Source of the DNA: Cladosporium halotolerans
Taxonomy: Eukaryota
NCBI RefSeq assembly: GCF_011745625.1
Contig: NW_027191500.1
Location: 62,001-115,357 of the forward strand
Reading direction: 5' to 3'
Length of the DNA stretch: 53,357 nucleotides
A model generated the notes under the pieces. The model saw only the letters and a list, made by a program, of their open reading frames with translations. It did no database searches and was not told the origin of the DNA. A program made the translations under genes and the position numbers. Position 1 is the first letter of the stretch, and the number at the start of each line of letters is the position of its first letter. Of this stretch, positions 45,185 through 53,357 are shown one piece after another.

Positions 45185-45223
45185 TGCGACGCGGGCGGTT
45201 TCCGCGTCGCAGGCGCGTCGCGT
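45185..45223. promoter_or_regulatory. Cluster of MCB-like CGCG elements with a 10-bp inverted repeat in the divergent APN2/APC5 promoter
   Basis: TGCGACGCGG (45185-45194) and CCGCGTCGCA (45202-45211) are exact reverse complements, followed by GCGCGTCGCGT. Confidence 0.5.
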
Positions 45224-45403
45224 TTCTCCAGCTTCCAAACGCTCAGGCGCTGGAAGCCAAGGGATTGGCCGTATTGGGAAGTTGCACAACACATCCGTGA
45301 ATCAGGATTCTAGGACAAGGAATAGCTTCCGGTCTCACTTGTAGAACTTCACAAGCTCACTTGAAAGTATGCGGCTGCGACCAGGTGGTTGAACGAATTA
45401 GCT

Positions 45404-48129
45404 ATGGCCCGCTACTTGACTCCCGCGAAGATCTGCACCCTAATCCTGGTCGAATCATATCTTCAAAATAGAGAGAATCCGGACGTTGATGTCAAACTGC
45501 TGGATATCATCACAAATCAATTGGTCGACAACACGACCAACGTGCTATACGACAAGGAACACAGCCCAATCGCGGGCACAACAACCAATGTCGGCCCACC
45601 AGAAGATGCGTCGGCATTCGCCTCGCCTCTAGCAGCGATTCCCTCAGATATTCCAGGACGAACCTACTACGATGTCTTCATCCAAGCAGCGTGGATAATA
45701 GCAGATCTGGATCAACTGCACCAACTGTTCGATCGCGCGTATTCAATCCTCAATCCTGAGGATCCTGCCGAAAGAAAGCTCACGCCTGCTTCTCCCGTCG
45801 GTCACTTCGTTCGCCGCTGTAATGTGGAATGGACCCGTCTTCGCTTCGCGGATTCGCTCGCGTTGTTCAATGCGTACAAGATTTACATCTTGTCCACCTG
45901 GGATTCTTGGACTCGGACACAGCCCGAAGCGGCGAAGGCATACGCTTCCAAGGCAGCCAACAATGAAAGCGTCCCAGGCGCTGAGTCTACGGCATCTTTG
46001 ACTACCACTCCAATGATCAGCAACGACGATATCGACATCGCTCTGAGCATATCTATACACTCTCTTCAGAAACGTGGAGCTCGCGTCCCTCCAGAATTAA
46101 GAGCAAAACTACGGTCTTGGCTGCTGCATCGCCAGAGTACAGACACGCAGAGCTTGCACCACTTCATGGACTTTTTCGAAGCCTGGAGAGCGGGACAATA
46201 CACATTGGCTCTGGAGGAGCTGCATCGATATTTCGACTACAGCATTGCTGCCAAGGGAGCCGCGACTGACGGTGTGAAGACATACTATCAGATCGCCTTA
46301 CTCCACTTGAGTGTCCTGCACGCCGATTTTGAGAGATGGGAAGATTCTTTGGGAGCGATGGAGGAGTGTATTGCGACTGGTATGCGCAAGCTTCCCTGTC
46401 ACAGCGGCAATCTCCTAGATTATTTTGCGACTGGTAAGCTAACGCATGCACAGCTCGAGAGAACCAGGACACTGCGTGCCTCAACTTTGCACTCTCGTGG
46501 CTACTCTACCTTCGTCAAGCTCACAATCTTCCTACCCTGTCATCTCTTCGCTCTCTCTCCGCGTTGGCTGGGGATGGCGGAAGCGAGCAGGACGAACTAG
46601 CGTTTCTCAAGACCAAAGCGAAGGAGGGAAAACACTGGAGTCTTGTCAGCAGTACCTTGCTCGAAGAATCGAAACTCGAGCTCAGACATGTGCGTCATTC
46701 TCATCAACTGACAGACCAGGGAGTCCCAGTTAGTCGCTGGCTAAGTGTGACTGACTTCGTTACAGACTGGCGTCAGCCCAAAAGCGCTCGAGCACGTCGT
46801 GCAGTCGGCCCATCTCAACGTTCAACATGCATCATACTCATTGATGCCTGCCGTCACGATCTTCCAAGGATCGATCTACGCTCGTCTCGGTTCGTACTCG
46901 CTATCAAATATCTTACGCACAAGCTTTCAGAGGGCTTGAGAGCTTTTCGGCTCTGCAAGTCTTCGACACGCTGAGAACGCAGTGCTGACCCAAATCAGGC
47001 CAGTCACACATAGCTTCGCAACTATATTCCGCTATCGACATCGTTCAAGGCAAAGAATGCTCTCTCGGCGACCGCGTACGCTCACAATGTCGACTAGCAT
47101 TTTCGATGGCTCAAAACGGCGCATACTCCGCCGCCCAAGACTCCCTTTCCACCCTCTACAAACAGGTCAGAGGAACTCTCAAGCTAGAGCAGCGAGTCAA
47201 CGCCTTTGCAAGACTCATCGCGCTCCTCCAATCCATTAGAAGGTAGCCCTCTCTGCCCTCCCTCTCCCCAACTCAGAACTAACCACCCTCTCCTCCCCAG
47301 CGACAACCTCCCCGCCGCAACCCACCACCTCCACCTCCTGCGCTCCTCCCACCCAACCTCCGACCCCGACCTCACGCACGAAACCTCCCTCCTCGAAATA
47401 GCATTCCTCATTCGCTCCCTCCAGCTACCCGCCGCGCTCTCCAAAATCTCCGCCCTCCTGTCCGCCCCGAGCGCAGACCTCGCGCAGACCCTGCACCTCC
47501 TGGCGCTCAAAGCGAGCGTCTTCGCCGCCGCCGGCAAGCCGGAGAAAGGCTTCGGCGTCGCCGTGCGGGCAGCCAGCCGCGCTGAGAGAGCGGGCCTCGT
47601 GCCGGTCTTGCTCGAGGCGCTGGTGCAGCTGGCGGGGATTTTGAATAATGTGGGGGAGTTTGGGGCCGCGAGGGAGTTGGTTGAGGCGGCGTTGCCGCAG
47701 GTGAGTTTGTTCTACTCTTTCTCGCGAGGTGATTGCTGACGCTCGCGCAAGGCTTTGGAGTGTGGGCCGCCGGACTTGCCGGCGCGGTTCTTCGTGCTGT
47801 TGACGTCTTCGTTCGCGGGCCTGGCGAATCCAGCTGTCACGCCCGGCGAGGCTGAGCGCCAGAAGCATTTGCGGGAGGCGCTTCGGTGGGCTGAGAGGGC
47901 GAGAGAAGGTGAGTGGCGGAATGCCTAATCCAGCCGTATGTTTGGGCACACTCGCTGACTGGTTCACGCAGTTTCTTCGCGCTTGGCCGACCACAGCGGC
48001 CAACTTACAGCTCTGGTCATGAAGGCCGCGCTCAGCGCCGAGCTCGAGGATGAATCGGGCGTGCAAGAAGCAGAGGCGAGGCATGAGCAGTTGCTGGCGG
48101 ATCACGAAGCGATGATGAACGCTCGCTGA
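45404..48129 (+). CDS. APC5: Anaphase-promoting complex subunit 5 (7 exons)
   Basis: MARYLTPAKI start; FFEAWRAGQYTLALEELHRYFDY and YQIALLHLSVLHADF...EECIATARENQD motifs. Six canonical introns can be spliced to a continuous frame ending in TGA at 48127-48129. Confidence 0.92.
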
Positions 48130-48307
48130 GCGCCGAGAGAAGAGAGCTAGGCGGTTGTATGTGTGCTTTCTGTACAGAGGGTTTCTTTGCTACATAGGAA
48201 AGATATCACGGCCCGCCTCGGCGAGCAAGGCTTGCTTGCGTACCGGCTGGCTTCTACTGCTCCTTCGTCTAATCCATCTGCTCTGCCTTTCTTCTCCTGT
48301 GTATTCC

Positions 48308-49063
48308 TTACTCGTCCTTCTTGTGGTAGTTGACCTTGGGGTTCCAGAAAAGGGTCTGAAGCGCGTTGAATGTCAGCCACGCATTCTCGCATGCACGCAA
48401 GCTGCGGTTGCGCGGAAGAAATAGAAGGGATCTCGCATACCTTGTCACCGTCGCCCCAGAAGTAGTTCTTGGTCCTGATGTTCTGGAAGGGGTACTCGAC
48501 CTTGTCCTCGAGCGCAGGGCCGTGAGCCCAGTGCTCCCAGTGCTCGTTCCAAAGACGGTAGGCGTTGACGCCGGCGAGGATAATGGAGGGGATCACGACG
48601 CTGTTGGCGGATGCGGTCAGTATGTTTGGTTGTGACGTAGTCGTGACTCTTGGGGGGGAGAGCTTTACTAGATGGAGAGCTTGCGCCAGGTGCCTATCAC
48701 GGTCAAAGGTTAGCGAATTGTCCATGTTTTGATCCTCCGAAATGTTCGAGAGATTCGCCCTCCTCTTGCTTTGCTCCGTAGTTCCAGCTTCTTACAAGCC
48801 AATGGCTCTGTCTCCAAATCCGCCTTCGTCCGTCTCTTCCTCACTCCTACCCCACGACCTCCAGTACCCTCCCAATATTCCCAAGACTCACCAGAAGTGT
48901 CAGCAGCGTGCTGCTTAACGGCAGCCCTCTCACGGTTGAAGGCGTTGTCGGCAGGGCCCTCGAGGCCTTTGGCGCCAATGCCGGAAGTCCAGCGGCGGGC
49001 GGCCTGGTTGCGGAAAGCGGGGAGCGCGGTCGAGGCGCGCGCGGCGGTGCGGAGGCCGAGCAT
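48308..49063 (-). CDS. COX13: Cytochrome c oxidase subunit VIa (4 exons, including a ~25-nt microexon)
   Basis: DNAFNRERAAVKQHAADTS | GTWRKLSIY | VVIPSIILAGVNAYRLWNEHWEH...EYPFQNIRTKNYFWGDGDK | TLFWNPKVNYHKKDE*. Confidence 0.95.
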
Positions 49064-49606
49064 TATTGCGATTGTGCTGTTGATTGTTTGGAGCGGAGAG
49101 TGGAGGGTTGGCGCGGTCGGTCCTTGACTGGGAGCTCTCTGGCTCTGAGGTTGGAGGTTCGTCGCGGTCGGTTCCGCGCGCCAAGCGGATTGGCTTCTTG
49201 CTGACCGGGGCTGCGGGATGTGAGGTGCTGTGTGGGATGAATCGTACGCCTGAGGCGTTTGGGAATTTGAGCAACGGCTTTTGGGAACAAGAACACTGTA
49301 CTCGTCTTGAGTGTGATGGTGTTTTGCTGGGACTAAAATTAGCTGTTTCTCACATTGCACTGGCTTGTCATCATTTTTAGAATCAACAAGGATGCGAGCG
49401 TGATGGAGGAAGAACGTGTTCATAGAAGCAAAGAGGTAGGTCTATTCTAAGCGTCCAGGATCCCGTCAGACATAGGACCACGACCTGCATCATCCGTTAC
49501 AGAAATCGAGGCTAGCTCAGTAGGTCTTTGTCACAGGCTGTGAACTTTCAACCCTTCCAAATTCTGCCTAGCCAATCTCAGGTCCAATAGCCCATCTTTC
49601 GAAGCC

Positions 49607-50725
49607 TCAAACAGTCTCCTTCGGAGTAGGAGTAGGTACAATGGGCGCGGCATGGTCAGCATCCTGACCAGTCGCACCATAGGCCTCGTACTCCAGCGCT
49701 TTAATGACTCTGTAGGCAGTCAGTGATCAGATTCGACAATCTCTGTTCTCCGGAAGCGAATCTTTACCTGTACGCAAAGACAGCCAGGAGCGAGCCAAGC
49801 AGAGGTCCCACCCAGTATATCCAGTGATGGCTCTCAAAGCTTCCCGTGACTACGTCAGGTCCAAAAGAGCGGGCCGGGTTGAGGGATGCTGTGGATCGTA
49901 TATCAGCTCGCGCTCGCTGGTCTGAAGAGGCATTCGAGGATAACTTACCTCCGGTGAAGCGAACGCCGGCAAGATGGGCAATGAACAGAGCAAGCCCGAT
50001 GCCGATTGGCGCGATGAATGTGGCGCGGTGCTTCTCGGCGGCCAGCAAGAAGATTGTGAAGACCAGCATCGCCGTCAGAAACATCTCAATGAACAAGCCG
50101 CGGGCGAGCGATGTATCTTCTGCCAGACTGGTCTTGACGGCAAATTTCTGCAGCAGTCAGCATCCGGAATGAGAAAACCATCAATAGTAAATCCTGAACT
50201 CACGTTCGGAAACAAAGCAGACACCACGCCAGCGCTCGCGATGGCGCCGAGTATCTGTGCGACCAACACAACCGCCGCACGAATGTAGCTCAGGCATCCG
50301 ATGAGCATCAGGCCGAATGTTACAGCGGGGTTGAAGAGACCGCCACTGATGCGGAAGAAAACCCATGCATTGACGGCGAGACTGAAGCCGAAGGCGAGAG
50401 CGATGTACAACAACGTCCCAACCGACGGTGTGGACTCGCCTGCGTTGGCCGATGCTTCGTTGGCGACCTGAGCGCCGGCGAATGCGAAGAACAAGAAGAG
50501 GAAGGTTCCTAGAAACTCGCCAATGGCCTGCACGCATGTCAATTGGCTGATCTCCCAATGATGTTTAGGGTGTGTTGCACGTACAGCGACTACATGGCCG
50601 CGAACTGGATGCGGTTTGCCCGCGGGAACGAGGGAGGGTTTGCGGTCACCGGGTGTCTCAACAGCATTGCGCTTGAGGTTCGGAAGGACGATGAGCTGGT
50701 CTTTGACGGGAGGCTGGACGTTCAT
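49607..50725 (-). CDS. Aquaporin (MIP family), multi-exon
   Basis: GEFLGTFLFLFFAF, ISGGLFNPAVT and SLNPARSFGP (both NPA motifs), HWIYWVGPLLG. Last exon VIKALEYE...ETV* with stop at 49609-49607. Confidence 0.93.
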
Positions 50726-51531
50726 TTTTGCGTAGGAGTTTTTTTTCTTCTAAGTTTTTTTGTGATTTTGGGTTTCTTCCGCGGAAATGATAACGATGTT
50801 AGTGATATCTGTCGCGATGGCTGCGGCGGAGATAGACTGATTGTTCGCATGCAGAGGGAAGAAAGCAGAAGAGGAGACGGTAAGGGACAGATAGAATCTC
50901 ATTTTCCCTCTGATCACAGGCTTGCAAGAGCGATTGTTGCACGTGGCGGGAAAGTGAGGTTCTGCGGGCGCCTGTAAAGGCAGGAATAGGTGTTCGAGAG
51001 CGGCAGTAGCGAGCAAGAGCATCTTTGCAAAGTTTCCGACAGGGCGAGAAGAAGAATCCGTGAGGTTGTCATTATTTCCGAAGTCCCGATTAAAATCTAT
51101 ATTATAGGATTACCAAATACTTCGTCTTACCGATGGCCAACACGATGCTTTCTTGATAGCGATGGCTTACATTGACACCTGCAATTGGATGGGTGCCAGT
51201 TGCTGTCAGCGACGCCATCCCGGTAGCGACCACCATGCGAGTTTTATCTCTGGTTAGGGCCTGAGGAATCTTTTGTACGAGGCGCAAAAGTATCAATCAT
51301 CTTCATGCGTGGTAAACACCGAGTTTCCAGAAGGGTGAAGCTCAAGTTCAAGGCAAAGCCAATGGCAGATCAGATCGTCGGCGCTGGGTGCGAATTTCTC
51401 CGACTTCGCAAAGACTCATCACATGGCGAAGGCATCGCGCTGCGCTCCACCACTAAGCACTGCAGAACAACCCGCCATCGAAAGGTATTCGATCTTTTCA
51501 ACCTATCTTTTCATATCTTACATTCACGAAA

Positions 51532-52752
51532 ATGGCTTCATCGAACGCTGTCACCACGGTTGACCTGAGCCAATACGACATCAAGAAGATCGCATCTGGC
51601 AAGGTCCGCGAGATTTTCGAGATCGATGAGCAGACGCTGCTTTTCGTGGCAACAGACCGTATTTCGGCGTACGATGTCATTCTGAACAACGTAAGTATTG
51701 AAACATGTGGAATGATCATGTTCCTAATATTCCTGCTCGGTATCCGGAACGCGGCTGCCATGCATCTGTTGCGCAAGCCGGCAAACAACGATCGCATGTA
51801 AACGATGCTTTCGGGTACCAGAAATTGAAAAGACGCTTTGTATCAACCACACAAAATCGATTCTAACGGATGTCTCAGGGCATTCCCTCCAAAGGCGCCC
51901 TCCTTACTCAACTCTCAGCACACTGGTTCGACTTGATCTCCACCTGGCTGCCCTCCCTCAAGACCCATTTCGTCAGCACCTCTCTGCCCTCCAACATCCC
52001 CTCAGCAGCCCAGTCTCAGCTCGAAAAGCGCAGCATGCAAGTTCGTCGCCACGCCATCGTGCCCCTGGAGTCTATCGTGCGTGGCTACATCACCGGTTCG
52101 GCGTGGTCCGAGTACAAGAAGCACGGCACTGTGCACGGCATGCCGATGCCGGCTGGTCTGCAGGAGTCGCAGAGGCTTGAAAAGCCGATCTGGACCCCGT
52201 CCACGAAGGCCGAGCAGGGTGAGCACGATGAGAACATTTCTCGCGACAAGGCTGTGGAGATTGTTGGCGAGGACGTGGCGAAGAAGGTTGAGGAGGCGAG
52301 CTTGCTAATTTACGAGAAGGTATGCATTGTCGTGTTATTACTCCGTTATAGACGGTTGGGGCCGAGCTAACTTTGACTTCCTTCCGTAGGCGAGGCAGTA
52401 CGCCGAAGAGCGCGGCATCATCATTGCTGACACAAAATTCGAGTTTGGACTTGACAAGGCGTCCGGCGAGATCGTGCTGGTTGATGAGGTCCTGACTCCG
52501 GACAGCTCCCGCTTCTGGCCGGCAGACAAGTACGAAATTGGCAAGGGCCAGTCCTCATACGACAAGGTATGCATGAACGCAGTATCCGTTCGGGTCATCA
52601 CTAACATTGAATAGCAATACCTCCGCGACTGGCTGACCAACTCCGGCCTTAAGGGCAAAGATGATGTGAGCATGCCCGAAGAGGTTGTCGCGGAGACTGC
52701 CAGCAAATACCGCGAGGCTTTCGAGAAGATCACTGGAAAGAGCAGTCTCTAA
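51532..52752 (+). CDS. ADE1: SAICAR synthetase (phosphoribosylaminoimidazole-succinocarboxamide synthase), 4 exons
   Basis: [64 protein letters not shown]. Introns 51691-51878, 52320-52389, 52567-52614. Confidence 0.97.
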
Positions 52753-52833
52753 GAAAACCTGCTCTTGGGAATCAAAGGCCTGATGCCGTATGTACAATCT
52801 ATGCCCACGAAAATAAAAAACAGAACGTCTCTA

Positions 52834-53357
52834 TCAAAGCGCAACTCCTCCCTCTTCGCCATCATCCACATCATCTTGCAGCCTCTCAGTCTCTCCCCTC
52901 CTCGCTTCACCAACGCCCCGCCTCTCATCCCCCTTCTTGCCACCATTACCCTTCTCCTTCTTCTTCTTCTTCGGCACAATCTCCTCCTCCTCATCAACAA
53001 CCACAACCTCCAACCCAGGCCAAGCCTCCCTCGCCCTCCCCGCCAAATACCCAATCCCCCAACTCTCACAAACCCTATGCCCCACACAAATCACCAACAT
53101 CCCCCTCTCCCTCGCAGCCCTCAACCCCTCCTCCCTAACCGCCCCAGTCAAATAAACCACCTCCCCACCACAACCACCACCCACCTCCCCCACCGCCGCC
53201 GCAACCCTCTCCACCTCCTCAGGATGAAAAGCATTCATACACGCCAACACCCCCACCTCCCTCTCCAGCACCCCCCACTCCTCAAAGCCAAACACCCCCT
53301 CCCCCGTCCCCCCAAACTCCCCCTCCACCCGCCCCCCAACCACCCCAACCGGCACCC
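52834..53357 (-). CDS. 3' part of a NIF3 (NGG1-interacting factor 3)-like protein; truncated by the window edge
   Basis: ACMNAF...VYLTGAVRE...VICVGHRVCESWGIGYL, a GH-x2-x-E metal-binding C-terminal motif typical of NIF3-like proteins. Confidence 0.65.
   Translation of the reverse strand, partial: VPVGVVGGRVEGEFGGTGEGVFGFEEWGVLEREVGVLACMNAFHPEEVERVAAAVGEVGGGCGGEVVYLTGAVREEGLRAARERGMLVICVGHRVCESWGIGYLAGRAREAWPGLEVVVVDEEEEIVPKKKKKEKGNGGKKGDERRGVGEARRGETERLQDDVDDGEEGGVAL

Noticed and set aside
44316..45344. 342-aa plus-strand ORF
   Set aside because: Antisense to APN2 and running through its promoter; no independent protein features.
48710..49423. 237-aa minus-strand ORF
   Set aside because: Read-through of the COX13 5' region, exon 1 and intron 1; the true start is MLGLRTAAR at 49063.
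1..53357. Transposons, RIP-degraded AT-rich blocks, tRNA/rRNA genes, CRISPR arrays
   Set aside because: No transposase or RT motifs, terminal repeats, AT-rich tracts, cloverleaf-like or rRNA-like sequence, or repeat-spacer arrays were seen; the DNA is eukaryotic.

Overview
Intron-containing fungal genomic DNA (GT-AG introns of about 45-60 nt with CTRAC branch points), most consistent with a Dothideomycete of the Mycosphaerellales type. About 23 protein-coding genes can be supported. The right half is a MAT1-2 mating-type locus in its usual neighbourhood: PH/SMP-domain gene (Nvj2-like) - idiomorph - APN2 - APC5 - COX13 - aquaporin - ADE1 - NIF3-like. Manual splicing gives three results that are not visible in the ORF track. 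(1) A 303-aa three-exon gene transcribed divergently from MAT1-2-1, whose spliced product has a homeodomain-like segment with the WF motif split by an intron. (2) A secreted protein with a CFEM-like 8-Cys domain followed by three dibasic-site-flanked W-x4-C-x2-PG-x2-C-AG peptides that resemble alpha-type pheromones. (3) A 1927-aa secreted polyprotein of six tandem homologous ~250-aa domains of unknown function separated by Kex2-type sites. The left part also carries a Gti1/Pac2 regulator, an ACC deaminase, a beta-lactamase-family hydrolase, a PrsW-family protease, CMS1, Vma22, a Ded1-like helicase, an F-box protein and a DUF3433-like membrane protein. No rRNA, tRNA, CRISPR array or transposon was recognised. 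All family assignments come from motif recognition by eye; no database searches were run.
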